From a virus (lineage: Duplodnaviria > Caudoviricetes), in the IMG/VR virus record IMGVR_UViG_3300033463_000008: 64,000 nt of DNA. One strand, given 5' to 3'. The notes beneath the pieces are model-generated. The model was not told the DNA's origin. It ran no database searches and saw only the letters and a program-made list of their open reading frames with translations. The first letter of the stretch is position 1. Every line of letters starts with the position of its first letter. The position numbers and the translations under genes were made by a program. Below, one piece after another: positions 27,739-37,839 of the stretch.

Positions 27739-30396
27739 ATGGCTAGTATTAACATGACTCCGAAAGCGGCGTTTGAAAACATCCAAAATCGTCTGTATGC
27801 CGCGATTAAAGAAGGCAAGGAAAAGACTGGAATCTTTGAGTCTATCATGGAAGCGACTGGTGGTTCTGGCTTCATTGATTTGGGTGAGGATGCCTTATTC
27901 GGTGATGGGGATGATGACCTTGATTCATTGTCTCCTGATGAATCCAATCCGGAACAGTCTGATACTCCGGTACAGCCTGAAAATAATGGTGCTGCGAAGC
28001 CGATGATTGATTTGGGCGAGGAAGCCGTATTTGGCGGTGACGATGATTTGGGTGAAGAAAGTCCGATTGTTCTCAGTGATGATAACCTGTTCAATCCCAC
28101 TCCCGTGGATAGTGCCCCGAAACCGGCAGCAAAGAGGAGAGTACGTAAGACTGCGGCAGAACGTGAAGCGGAAGAACGCCAGCATCGTGAAAAACTGCGC
28201 CAGCTTGCCAAAGATACCACTTTTTCATCTGCTGAAATTAGGGAGGGCTGGCTTAAGCTCTTTAGTATTGCCGATAAAAATAAGGAATACTTGAAAGATG
28301 CTGGACAGTTAGTTACCGAAGATGAAGTGCAGGTGCTATTCCTTACCGAATATAACAATTATTCTGGCCGTGAACATACCGACGCTTCCGACGCGGCAAT
28401 TACTGCTATACCGGATATTTTCAAGAAAAAGCTGGATTTCATTGTTTCCAGTATCGATGAACGCCTTCATGGCAGGGGCGACTTCATGCGTAACGGGTCT
28501 ATTGTCCAGTACCTTATGCGTGCCGGTACCCTTGAGTCTGCTCATAGAACTATTAGATTAAGACGTTCAGCAGATTTGGGTATTAAAGACAAATCGATTG
28601 CCTCGGAGAAAACCGACATTCTTAATCAGTTCATTCTGAAGTCGGACCTTGACCAATGCATGGCTTGGCTAAGCCATCGGTTTAATGGCTATAATGTACC
28701 TCTTGGTGCTTTGGAACACATGGCGCTTGAAATTCTGGGTAATGGCGTTCATAAAGGCGACCTTGCTACTAAACTGGGTGGGAAAACGGAAATTCCTCAT
28801 ACTTTTGATATTCCAAAGTATGGTACAATTTCTCAGTCCGGTGACAACGCGGTTGTCATGGGTCCACAAAAGTTTCTTGAAAATTTGAATAGACTTATTG
28901 CACCACTTTTGCCGAGTTCTGCCGTTAATGTTGCATACAGGGGTCTTAAAATCGAAGACTGTGACAGCATTGTGAGAGGCCGGCATCATGGCGGTGTCAA
29001 ATGCATTAGGATGAATGCGGCTCAGTTCTTGCCAATTCTTAACCGATTGACTGCCGATTCAGAAGATGGCGCGAACGATGCGCCGATTATTCCGATCGCA
29101 TTTAAGGTTGGTATGGTTGCCACTGATTCGATGACGGGCTCGGGTGATAAGAATGGAACAAGTGGAGCAGACGCTTTACTTTCTAATAAGTCAGATGATG
29201 GTACCGTTGAATTTTCTGCCGCATTTGGTGAACAGCGTGCGGCTAATGGATTGATGCGAGTGCTGCATTCAATGGCGGCTAGAGATATTGCCCGCATTGC
29301 CATTGCGGAAAAGGAGTTGTCTGATGCAGTAAGCCATCCGGGTGAAATTGGTGCATTGTCTGAATATTCATCCAGTATATTGAAGTGGCTGTGCGATGTT
29401 GCTAAAATTCCATACACCACGACTTCAAAGAAAGGCATTACGATATTGAAGCCGGAATCCGACAAGTCTATCGTTGCCCAGGCGGCCAAGTCTGCGGATT
29501 TGAGTAATGGAAAGCATGCTGTCGTGCAGGCTGCAATGCTTTTCAATAATTCCCTGCTTCATAGGTTCTCGGACAAGGATGACATGGGCGATATAAGTGA
29601 TATCCCCTCGATGAGTGCCGAGGAAACTCGTAAGGCTGCTATGCCGATACTCCAGCTTGGCGACCTTGCTGAAATGTGCTATGATAATTTGTCCAAGAAT
29701 TACGGCGGGACGAATGGTGAAGATGCCGGTGCTACTGATATCCTGACAGTTTTTGGTAAGGGATACATTGTGTACCGCATGGGTGCATTGTTTGACATTG
29801 ATACCCGTAATATTCTTCCTCTCGTTACCGATATGCGTACATTCAATAGGCAGGTTGCTGCGGGCACCGGTTTGGAAAATGTACCGAATGTCAATATGCT
29901 CCTTTATCGGTTGACTGAGATGGGTGCCGCTGACGTGGTCAGCATGGCTAACCGTCTTACCGAAGTGGCTGATGAAATGGATCTTGGCAATGTAGCGGCC
30001 CTTAGTAATGAAGAAATTACGACACCCGGCTTCTATGTCAACAATTCCATGAAGTTCTCTGATTTGGAACAGAGCGGCCTTCTTCAGGCTATAGCGCATG
30101 TTACCAATATGGAGCCGATGGAATGCGTATGCAGTGCTGCGGAAATACTTACCGGAATGGATAATGGTTCCATATCGAAGTATTACTCCGAACTGACAAG
30201 GGGCGTTGACAAGAATGCCATCGTCCAGGGTGCCCGGTACATCAAGAAACATGGCGGTGACTTGGTTGACATCGCAATGACTGATTCTGGAAAGGAAGTG
30301 ATTAAGAAGGCAGAGCCAAAACCGGCAGTTTCGACACCTCGCGCAGTTCCTACTACCAGGGTGGCTCCTAGACGCGTTGGCCGAGGCCGTTTCTAA
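27739..30396 (+). CDS. large hypothetical late protein, probably head-internal
   Basis: 885 aa; TATAAAACT variant at 27699-27707; IFESIMEA motif; repeated IDLGE..F..DDDL; basic C-terminal tail. Confidence 0.75.
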   Translation: MASINMTPKAAFENIQNRLYAAIKEGKEKTGIFESIMEATGGSGFIDLGEDALFGDGDDDLDSLSPDESNPEQSDTPVQPENNGAAKPMIDLGEEAVFGGDDDLGEESPIVLSDDNLFNPTPVDSAPKPAAKRRVRKTAAEREAEERQHREKLRQLAKDTTFSSAEIREGWLKLFSIADKNKEYLKDAGQLVTEDEVQVLFLTEYNNYSGREHTDASDAAITAIPDIFKKKLDFIVSSIDERLHGRGDFMRNGSIVQYLMRAGTLESAHRTIRLRRSADLGIKDKSIASEKTDILNQFILKSDLDQCMAWLSHRFNGYNVPLGALEHMALEILGNGVHKGDLATKLGGKTEIPHTFDIPKYGTISQSGDNAVVMGPQKFLENLNRLIAPLLPSSAVNVAYRGLKIEDCDSIVRGRHHGGVKCIRMNAAQFLPILNRLTADSEDGANDAPIIPIAFKVGMVATDSMTGSGDKNGTSGADALLSNKSDDGTVEFSAAFGEQRAANGLMRVLHSMAARDIARIAIAEKELSDAVSHPGEIGALSEYSSSILKWLCDVAKIPYTTTSKKGITILKPESDKSIVAQAAKSADLSNGKHAVVQAAMLFNNSLLHRFSDKDDMGDISDIPSMSAEETRKAAMPILQLGDLAEMCYDNLSKNYGGTNGEDAGATDILTVFGKGYIVYRMGALFDIDTRNILPLVTDMRTFNRQVAAGTGLENVPNVNMLLYRLTEMGAADVVSMANRLTEVADEMDLGNVAALSNEEITTPGFYVNNSMKFSDLEQSGLLQAIAHVTNMEPMECVCSAAEILTGMDNGSISKYYSELTRGVDKNAIVQGARYIKKHGGDLVDIAMTDSGKEVIKKAEPKPAVSTPRAVPTTRVAPRRVGRGRF

Positions 30397-30407
30397 GCGA
30401 GGGTTTC

Positions 30408-31658
30408 GTGAGTATCATTCATCCGACATATGATACCTATTTTGTGGTGGGGGACAATGGTGTCACGCACAGTGACGCCACTGTGCTTCCTATTTCGGAA
30501 AAGTCCTTTGCTGCATGCAAGTTTGCTATATCCGGGCTGGACGAAGTCAACCATCCTGAAGTACTCCTTAAAGTAACTGTCAAGTCCTCCAATATACTTG
30601 GCAATGTTATCGGCATGCTTGGGGTATACGAAATTTCCGATTCCAACTGGATTGGTACTGATTCATATGATAAGGTGGATGGAAAGGTGAGTGTCAGCCC
30701 CATTGCAATAAGCAAACCTGTCAGTTCCCTTGACTGGGCATGTGGAGGCGATGCGAAAGATCCGGAAATAACCTTTACCATTCCAGCATCCGTAGTCAAG
30801 CAGTGGAAGCGCAACCACCTGAGCTTGGTGTCCTTAGCCATTGCAAATTATGGTGATTTTGAACAGGATGGCGTGGTTGAGCTGGATTCTGCTGAAACTG
30901 CATTGGATATTGAGGAAAGTACGCAGCCTGCAGAGGAACCATTTGATGTGATTGCTACTCCGAGCACCTTGATTCCGGGTGGACGGGCTTCCATCACTAT
31001 AACTACGCCTGAACGTACGTTCGGTTCTGATATCGAGGATATCGTCGTTACGCTTGATGGCGAAAGTGTTCCGGTTATAGCAGGCGATGAACATTCCGTG
31101 AAGGTGGTAGTTCCTGACATTCCTGGCAAGGTTGAAGGCATGGCGGAATTGCTGATAACGAATGGGGATGGTGTTGCATTAAGCAATGTGACCCGTGTCT
31201 ATTATGACGCAAGTTCAACCAAGCGGAACAAGGTGTTTACTGCGCCGGCCCGCCTGGATGACGATAATGAACGGCTGAGTAATTCCGCGGTCTACAATCG
31301 TGACCTCGGGTTCAACAATTTTGCCGAAATCACTGATGAAAACAGCTTGGTGCAGAATATTTACAACATCCTCCTTACCAGGAAGGGCGAACGGCTGTTT
31401 AATTCCAATTTCGGGACGACTATCGAAGAACGTGTCTTTGGCATAATGAATGAGGATGATGAAACCAGTATCCTTCAGGAATGCTTTGCGGCTATTCAGG
31501 AATATGAGCCGCGAGTGTCTGTTGATTATGAGGAAAGCCGGGTTGATATCGACTATGACGGCAATACTATCCGCATAATTATCGCGGTCGTGCTGCCTAG
31601 CGGGTCATCGGAATACATTGTTCTTCCATTCAAGACTAGAGGGAATATCGTCAAATGA
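30408..31658 (+). CDS. baseplate wedge gp25-domain protein with N-terminal beta-sandwich and IPT/TIG-like domains
   Basis: C-terminal SLVQNIYNILLTRKGERLFNSNFG...IQEYEPRV matches gp25/GPW; TFG..IEDIVVTLDG..VPVI..VKVVVP is TIG-like. Confidence 0.8.
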   Translation: MSIIHPTYDTYFVVGDNGVTHSDATVLPISEKSFAACKFAISGLDEVNHPEVLLKVTVKSSNILGNVIGMLGVYEISDSNWIGTDSYDKVDGKVSVSPIAISKPVSSLDWACGGDAKDPEITFTIPASVVKQWKRNHLSLVSLAIANYGDFEQDGVVELDSAETALDIEESTQPAEEPFDVIATPSTLIPGGRASITITTPERTFGSDIEDIVVTLDGESVPVIAGDEHSVKVVVPDIPGKVEGMAELLITNGDGVALSNVTRVYYDASSTKRNKVFTAPARLDDDNERLSNSAVYNRDLGFNNFAEITDENSLVQNIYNILLTRKGERLFNSNFGTTIEERVFGIMNEDDETSILQECFAAIQEYEPRVSVDYEESRVDIDYDGNTIRIIIAVVLPSGSSEYIVLPFKTRGNIVK

Positions 31659-32581
31659 TGCTTGGACAGCAAGTTGCCGCCAATACCCACCTGGTATACG
31701 TGGATAACTACAAGACCGACTGGAAGGAAGTTGGCCTGCGTCTTGGCATTTGCGATAAGGATGGTACACCGAATTCGGGTACCTACATAATGGAATCCAA
31801 TTATTACAATTCCAACGGGGTGACAATGCCTGCGATGCGACTTGATGGCAAGAGCGTCGAGATATTTGTCGTGGACGGTGTTGTTGAAGGCGTCAAGGAT
31901 CCAATTTCCTTGGTTAACGCCCTGAATCATTTCCATGTCCCCACGATGGACTTTGGGACTTACAAGTTCTCTGGCAAGTTCAGTACGGCTCCAGGCAAGC
32001 CAAACATGGTATATGACAAGATGCGACGTGGCATTACCTTCAATACGGACCGTATGAAGGACTTACGCGGAATTCATGACCTGATGCGACGCATAGACTT
32101 TGACGATGGCAAGTTTATGGAGCCGTTGCTCAGCAGGTACATTTACACGGTGCAGAACATGCCAAGCAAAAAACATCGTGGGATTCCGGTGATTGGATAT
32201 TTTGACCTTGAAGAGTATCTGTCCATCATGCGTGACCCGAGGGTGGCGTTGTTCCATCCGGCTGGGGCGACTAGCGCACTGATGTACATTGAAGTCGCCC
32301 AGACACCCGGGAAGGTTGTCTTGAAGGACATTGCCGAAAACGGCTCGTGCATGCTATCGCTGGAAGGCTTCAAGTCGGTGCTTGATGTCAAGAAGGTGAA
32401 CTCGTTCCGACCGATTGTCCTGTTGACTATGGCGCCGTTTACTCTCCCGGATACGTCCAACTTCCCGTGGCATAAGGTGACGTACGGAAAATTCAAGGTG
32501 TTTTGCACACCGATGATTGGAAAGATGGATTTATGGGAACGGACGCAGGGCGGGGTGAATTTGTTGTCCCCAATGAAATAA
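31655..32581 (+). CDS. hypothetical protein
   Basis: 308-aa ORF coupled (ATGA) to the gp25-like gene. Confidence 0.65.
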   Translation: MMLGQQVAANTHLVYVDNYKTDWKEVGLRLGICDKDGTPNSGTYIMESNYYNSNGVTMPAMRLDGKSVEIFVVDGVVEGVKDPISLVNALNHFHVPTMDFGTYKFSGKFSTAPGKPNMVYDKMRRGITFNTDRMKDLRGIHDLMRRIDFDDGKFMEPLLSRYIYTVQNMPSKKHRGIPVIGYFDLEEYLSIMRDPRVALFHPAGATSALMYIEVAQTPGKVVLKDIAENGSCMLSLEGFKSVLDVKKVNSFRPIVLLTMAPFTLPDTSNFPWHKVTYGKFKVFCTPMIGKMDLWERTQGGVNLLSPMK

Positions 32582-32582
32582 G

Positions 32583-32610
32583 TGTTGATAAGTTGTTGAT
32601 AGTGTGGATA
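32583..32610 (+). repeat. phased TGTTGATA/TGTGGATA array upstream of uvsX
   Basis: Copies at 32583, 32594, 32603; same motif and coding-strand orientation as the array upstream of rnh. Confidence 0.7.
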
Positions 32611-32679
32611 TTTCAGTTATTTAGTAGTTGACAGTTTGGTATCAAGTAGTTAAATTTCAGTTGAAAAAAGAGGTATCTC

Positions 32680-34011
32680 ATGGCTAAGAAAGTAGCAAAT
32701 GTAGCAGCGACGGGTGTACAGGTTGCCCCAAATTTCGGTTTCTTCCGCAAGTTGAAGACCGGGGATAAATACCTGGACCATAACAAGAAACGTCCTGAAT
32801 ACGGTTTTATTAACAGCGGTTCCTATGCGTTTAACGCGGCTTTGTCCGGTGACGTATATCAGGGCTTCCACATGAACAAGTTCTTCATGGCGGTGGGTTT
32901 CTTCGGAACCGGTAAGTCCTTGATTGCCAAGTTGAACTTTGCCCTCGAACTCATGAAGCAGGGCTATTATATTTTCTGGTATGACACCGAAAATGAAACC
33001 ACCGAAGAAATGCTCATCGAGAACTTCGGGTTCATTCCTGGCCAGTTCGAAATTGTCCGTATGCATACGGTCGAAGAATTCCACCACAGTATGTCCATGA
33101 TCGTCAGCCAGCTTGAAGAAGACAAGGGTGAAAAGTTTGAAAATGAACGTAAGTGCGCCATTGTGCTTGACTCTGCGGGCGGTCTCTTTACGAACAAGGG
33201 TGTGGACGATGCCCAGAAGGGTGCCGATAGCGCTGACATGACCAAGGCTAAGAAGTTGAAGGCCTTCTTCACCGACATGACATTCCGTTGCGGTGAACTC
33301 GGTGTGCCGATGTACATTACCAACCACAAGTATTTGAAGCCGACCAGCTACGGCAACCCGGAAGAAATTGCTGGTGGTGAAGGCGCCAAGTATTTTGCCC
33401 GTGTCATCTTTGACCTTACCGTTGGATTCGAAGTTGTTTCTGCAACTGACAAGACAAAACTCGGCCTTATCCTGAACGTGAACATCAAGAAGAGCTGCTT
33501 TGTCCACGTCGGTACCAAGGTCAAGATGTACCTTGACTGGAAGACCGGACTGAATCCATACTACGGTCTTCATGATATCGCCAAGGCGGCTGGCCTCCTT
33601 GATGCTTATTCTGCCACAAAGTATCCGGATGTCACTCCTCCTGCTGGCCGTATCGGCAATGCCGGTGCATGGGTCATCAAGGATCCGCGCAAGCCGCGTT
33701 CCGAATGGATTACCTGCTTGAACAAGGACCTCCACAAGGCTGAAACCATCGGTACCATCCTTGACCCGATTAACGACTATGTCCATGAAACCTACAAGAA
33801 TAGGTCTCTTGCCGACAAGCTCGGTGAGAACGGCATCGACGAGAGCGTAAGTCTCGAAGTGGACGAGGAAGCAGTCGAACGCAACCTCGAAAGGGTCAAG
33901 AAGGAATCCAAGAAGAAGGCCGCCAGCATGGCGAAGGCCCTCGGCGAAGAGGAAGAGGCACCGGAACCGGAAACTGCCGCCATGGTGGTTTCGGACGAAG
34001 TTGCCGAATAA
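32680..34011 (+). CDS. uvsX: UvsX/RecA-like recombinase
   Basis: INSGSYAFNAALSG, Walker A GFFGTGKS, YDTENE, IVLDSAGGL, DMTKAK, ITNH, GGEG, GLNPYYGL. Confidence 0.92.
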   Translation: MAKKVANVAATGVQVAPNFGFFRKLKTGDKYLDHNKKRPEYGFINSGSYAFNAALSGDVYQGFHMNKFFMAVGFFGTGKSLIAKLNFALELMKQGYYIFWYDTENETTEEMLIENFGFIPGQFEIVRMHTVEEFHHSMSMIVSQLEEDKGEKFENERKCAIVLDSAGGLFTNKGVDDAQKGADSADMTKAKKLKAFFTDMTFRCGELGVPMYITNHKYLKPTSYGNPEEIAGGEGAKYFARVIFDLTVGFEVVSATDKTKLGLILNVNIKKSCFVHVGTKVKMYLDWKTGLNPYYGLHDIAKAAGLLDAYSATKYPDVTPPAGRIGNAGAWVIKDPRKPRSEWITCLNKDLHKAETIGTILDPINDYVHETYKNRSLADKLGENGIDESVSLEVDEEAVERNLERVKKESKKKAASMAKALGEEEEAPEPETAAMVVSDEVAE

Positions 34012-34026
34012 AAGAACACGTAAGTC

Positions 34027-34056
34027 GAAAAGAGTCGGGGACTTCCCGACTTTTTC
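34027..34056 (+). terminator. intrinsic terminator
   Basis: GAAAAGAGTCGGG-GACTT-CCCGACTTTTTC. Confidence 0.75.
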
Positions 34057-34074
34057 GTTTATTTTGCGATTGGT

Positions 34075-34096
34075 TTGCTATATTTTTGCTATATTT
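34075..34096 (+). promoter_or_regulatory. tandem TTGCTATATTT x2 promoter-like motif
   Basis: Perfect 11-bp tandem duplication upstream of the helicase gene. Confidence 0.65.
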
Positions 34097-34139
34097 CCGA
34101 ATGTAATGAATTGTGATTTTTATGCGTTGTGATTGACTT

Positions 34140-35801
34140 ATGCCAGAAACCGTGAATGAAAACATGTTACCTCCACCTTTCCAGCCGGTTCAACCGGTAA
34201 TGAATCCAGCACAGCAGGTGGTCGTTCCTACACAGCCAGATGCTCTAGCGGCAGCTCTCCCTCCCGCATGGGACCCGGCCTCAGCTAATGCCAGGGCGGT
34301 CCCTGTAATACAGCTGAGCAGGGAAGACTTAATTCTCAGAACCTTCTTCAATGACAATGTGATTGGCCCTAAGCTTAGGCCGTATCTGAACACTAGCATG
34401 TTCTTGGATCCGGTTAACCAGGCACTTGTCAAAGTAATCAACAAGTTCGACAAGAAACATAAACGCAGTCCTAGCGCCCAGGAACTTATATTGGGCATGG
34501 GCTCGACCGGTTTCTCTGAACAGTTGGTTCAAAAACTCGGATACATCTGCAACACACCGATGGTCGGTGTTCGGCAAGATTACCTTATCGAGATTCTGGA
34601 AGGATATTTCCGTGAACGAATGACGGAGAATATCCTCATAAATGCCGCTGAAAACGTCCATGACAGACATGTTGATGGCATCAACGGTCTCCTCCCCAAG
34701 CTTAAAGAAGCTGTAAACTTCTCCCTCCATACCAACCTTGGTCTCAACGTTTATTCCGACATCGGGACGGCACTGGCACTGTTGAAGGAACGCAAGGAAT
34801 GTATTCCTTCCGCAATCAACGAAATTCGCGCCAAGACCGGCATCATTCAAGCCGATGGTACCATCAGGTGTGGCGGTTATTATCGCAAGACACTTACCCT
34901 ATATGTTGGCCAGCCGAACGTCGGTAAGAGTCTTATCCTTGGCAATGAAGGTGTATTTGCGTATTCTTGTGGGTATAACGTTCTCTACATTTCCCTCGAA
35001 CTTGCCGAAGACTATCTATGGCAGCGATTGGCCGCTAACCTATGCGATGTGACCATGCCGGAAATCCTGCAGATGACCGAGGAAGAATGCCGGGCGAAGA
35101 TTGATGCGAAGCTTCGCGCAAACCAGGGCGATGGCGTTCATGGCAACCTGCAAGTGAAGCGCTTGAAGACGACGACTACGCCTGCCGATATCGAAATGTA
35201 CGTTGATCAGTTCGAAGCTACCTATGGCAAGCTTGATCTTCTGGTGATTGACTACATCGGCATCATGAAGCCAGGTCTTTCTGCAGCCGAACAGCGTAGC
35301 ATGTATCTTGACGGTGTTGCCAAGGCGGAACAGATACGAGATTTTCTCATTGAACGCAATATCGCCGGTATTTCCGCAGTGCAGTTCAACCGATTGGGAT
35401 ATAATTCACTCGATGCGGGTATCGAAGCTGTGCAGGGTTCTTCTGGCTATACGGAAACGGCTGACGTGATGATTTCAATCAAGTCCGACTCCGTGTTGCG
35501 TGAATGCGGCATGTTCTACCATGAGTTCTTGAAGAACCGTTTTGGTAGAAATTCCGACATTTTCCAAACCCGTTGCGACTTCATGCGGATGAAGTGGTTT
35601 GATGCGACGCAAGAAGAACTCACCCATTATCAGGAACTTCGTACTGAATCGGATGCGGTCATGGCCAACCAGATGATGTCACGCGGTCCGCGCCCTCCAA
35701 AACGCGGAGCTGCGCCTCCACCGCCACCAAAGGCACAGCAGTCCGCCCCGCAGGAGCAGTTGCCTTCAAGGCCGGGTGAACGGGTTGCCAGTATGATTTA
35801 G
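34140..35801 (+). CDS. gp41/DnaB-like replicative helicase
   Basis: Walker A GQPNVGKS, VLYISLELAE, LLVIDYIGIM, SAVQFNR, ETADVM, KNRFG. Confidence 0.9.
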   Translation: MPETVNENMLPPPFQPVQPVMNPAQQVVVPTQPDALAAALPPAWDPASANARAVPVIQLSREDLILRTFFNDNVIGPKLRPYLNTSMFLDPVNQALVKVINKFDKKHKRSPSAQELILGMGSTGFSEQLVQKLGYICNTPMVGVRQDYLIEILEGYFRERMTENILINAAENVHDRHVDGINGLLPKLKEAVNFSLHTNLGLNVYSDIGTALALLKERKECIPSAINEIRAKTGIIQADGTIRCGGYYRKTLTLYVGQPNVGKSLILGNEGVFAYSCGYNVLYISLELAEDYLWQRLAANLCDVTMPEILQMTEEECRAKIDAKLRANQGDGVHGNLQVKRLKTTTTPADIEMYVDQFEATYGKLDLLVIDYIGIMKPGLSAAEQRSMYLDGVAKAEQIRDFLIERNIAGISAVQFNRLGYNSLDAGIEAVQGSSGYTETADVMISIKSDSVLRECGMFYHEFLKNRFGRNSDIFQTRCDFMRMKWFDATQEELTHYQELRTESDAVMANQMMSRGPRPPKRGAAPPPPPKAQQSAPQEQLPSRPGERVASMI

Positions 35802-35810
35802 TTTTCCGGT

Positions 35811-36569
35811 ATGAAGATTGCCGGAATAGACCCATCAATGAATTCGTCGGGCAAGGTCATAATGGACCTTGACGACGCTACGCTTGACATCAAATCAGTC
35901 GATTATTATGGATACAGCTCCAAGTTGTGCTATCTTCATGACGAGGAGCATGTTCATATCTACGCCCTCGGTACAGATTACACAAAGCTCCCGATGATGG
36001 CCAGGATGGAACGCGCCTATACCTTGCTCAACAAGGATATGGAGGACGTGAAGTACATTTCCTTCGAGGACTATGCCTATGAAGAAGCCGAACGGCAGGG
36101 AAGCAACGCGATTTTCCAGATTGGCGAGTTCTGCGGAGGTGTCCGATACCATTTCTTCATGCAGGGCAAGGGCATCATTACTTACGGCATTCCGCAGATT
36201 AAGCATTTTGCCACCGGTAACGGCGGTGCGAAAAAGCCGGCAATGTGCCAGGCGGTGAAGGAAATCTATCCACAGTTCTACTATCCATACTTTGATACAT
36301 TGGCGCAGTTCGAGAGTCCACATTCCGACTTCTGTGATGCGTTCTGGATGTGCGAAATCTTGCGAAATCATATCAAGTTTGACGTACTTGGACCTGAGTC
36401 ATTGGAACCGGATACCCTCGCGCTCATGCGCTATACCTCCAAGCCGTTGTCCGGAAAGAAAAAGAAGACCAGGTGCCTTCTTGATTACGACCTGGCGCTC
36501 CGTTCGGACATGATGTTTGACCAGGAGGCCGCTGCAAAACGCCGAAAGCCAAAAAGGACCGCTAAATAG
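35811..36569 (+). CDS. RuvC-like Holliday junction resolvase
   Basis: IAGIDPSMNSSG, SFEDYAY, IKHFATGNGGAKK, DFCDAFW. Confidence 0.8.
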   Translation: MKIAGIDPSMNSSGKVIMDLDDATLDIKSVDYYGYSSKLCYLHDEEHVHIYALGTDYTKLPMMARMERAYTLLNKDMEDVKYISFEDYAYEEAERQGSNAIFQIGEFCGGVRYHFFMQGKGIITYGIPQIKHFATGNGGAKKPAMCQAVKEIYPQFYYPYFDTLAQFESPHSDFCDAFWMCEILRNHIKFDVLGPESLEPDTLALMRYTSKPLSGKKKKTRCLLDYDLALRSDMMFDQEAAAKRRKPKRTAK

Positions 36570-36614
36570 TGCTCAAATGGAGTAGTTTCTCGTAGGTAAT
36601 AAATAGGAAACATT

Positions 36615-37121
36615 ATGCTCCATCTGAACACTGATTCTAATGACCCGTCTAGCGCGGTAAACTTGAGCAAGGAAGCTGAAACCGAGCTTCTTGTCAGTGA
36701 AATCAACAAATTTTTAAGCTCCCCGCCGAGATATGATGGCGACATGGCCATTGTCCTTACAATGCCGGAATCGTACCTCAAGAAAGGCAGGGCAAAGCTG
36801 AACGAAGCAATCCATGTCGTTTATGACCGGTACAAGGAATATGGCGTCACCATGCTCACAATCCTGTGCGCGATTGAGAGCGTGGTCGAGTCTACAAAGC
36901 TTGGCCCGCTTGTAGATAACGACATCAAGCTCATGATTGCCGCTGAACAGGGGATTGAGATTTCTGTCGAGGAGCTTGAGCGGGTCAATGAACAGGTGAA
37001 GAAGGGCGAGCTGAATTTTGACATTCCTAGACCCCAGCCGCAGATTGATCCCGATGATGACGAGGATGCAAAATTTAACGCCATGATGGACATGGTGGCG
37101 GAGGATGACGAGGATGAGTAA
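36615..37121 (+). CDS. hypothetical protein (weak resemblance to T4 gp33 co-activator)
   Basis: AGGA RBS; position shortly upstream of the SSB gene; KLGPLVDNDIKLMIAAE segment is only faintly gp33-like. Confidence 0.6.
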   Translation: MLHLNTDSNDPSSAVNLSKEAETELLVSEINKFLSSPPRYDGDMAIVLTMPESYLKKGRAKLNEAIHVVYDRYKEYGVTMLTILCAIESVVESTKLGPLVDNDIKLMIAAEQGIEISVEELERVNEQVKKGELNFDIPRPQPQIDPDDDEDAKFNAMMDMVAEDDEDE

Positions 37122-37737
37122 GTATCACTTTCCAGGACATGGCGCCGTAGTGAAGGAAATCCAGGAAACCCTGGAACGCGAGGCTGAAGAACGCAACAAG
37201 GAAATCAAGAGTACCAGCTTGATGCTCCTTAATGCACAGGATGGCGTGTACGGCAGCCATCAGAACCTCCCGACGGTTTATAGAGAAAAGTGGCTCGCAA
37301 AGTTGCGCGAGGAACGTGACAACCCGATGCTCGGCAAGAGCTACATCGCCCGTGCGCCCGAGTACGAGACTGATGCCGATGTTGTCACCGAGGCGCATGA
37401 GCTTACCGACCAGGAAACCAAGGATATGTTTGTTACCGATGAAAACGGCAATAAGTACATCCCGGAAACCTATAATCCGAATGTGGACGATTCCCAGACA
37501 TCCGACTTGGATGACGAGGCTAAGAAGGTTATCGACTTGGCCATTATCCAGAATGTCGCGGCCAAGTGCATTGGCTGGGAATTCGAGGATGTCATGAAGG
37601 AATGCGCCATGGCGTTCGAGGAGGAATACGGTGAAGACTTTGTCCTCCCGGATAACATGGAAGAAATCGTTACTGCTGCGGTCAATGATGCCGAGGTAAA
37701 CGCCAGGATTGCGTATCAGAAGCCGGAAGCAAAGTAA
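37114..37737 (+). CDS. acidic hypothetical protein
   Basis: Start MSKYHF overlaps the upstream stop; 207 aa. Confidence 0.7.
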   Translation: MSKYHFPGHGAVVKEIQETLEREAEERNKEIKSTSLMLLNAQDGVYGSHQNLPTVYREKWLAKLREERDNPMLGKSYIARAPEYETDADVVTEAHELTDQETKDMFVTDENGNKYIPETYNPNVDDSQTSDLDDEAKKVIDLAIIQNVAAKCIGWEFEDVMKECAMAFEEEYGEDFVLPDNMEEIVTAAVNDAEVNARIAYQKPEAK

Positions 37738-37766
37738 AAATATATTTACATGCGAAAAATTTCATC

Positions 37767-37803
37767 AGGCGGTCTACAAACCGCCTTTCTTTTTGCTACA
37801 TTT
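37767..37803 (+). terminator. terminator whose T-tract runs into a TTGCTACATTT promoter-like motif
   Basis: AGGCGGT-CTACAA-ACCGCCT-TTCTTTT, then TTGCTACATTT at 37793-37803. Confidence 0.65.
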
Positions 37804-37831
37804 TATGATGGGTGCGAAAAGTGCTCCTACT

Positions 37832-37839
37832 TATAAACT
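37832..37839 (+). promoter_or_regulatory. TATAAACT late-type promoter of the SSB gene
   Basis: Exact motif; T4 gene 32 also has a late promoter. Confidence 0.65.

Noticed and set aside
36615-37737. Firm assignment as T4 gp33/gp59 from position upstream of the SSB gene
   Set aside because: Sequence resemblance too weak to support by eye
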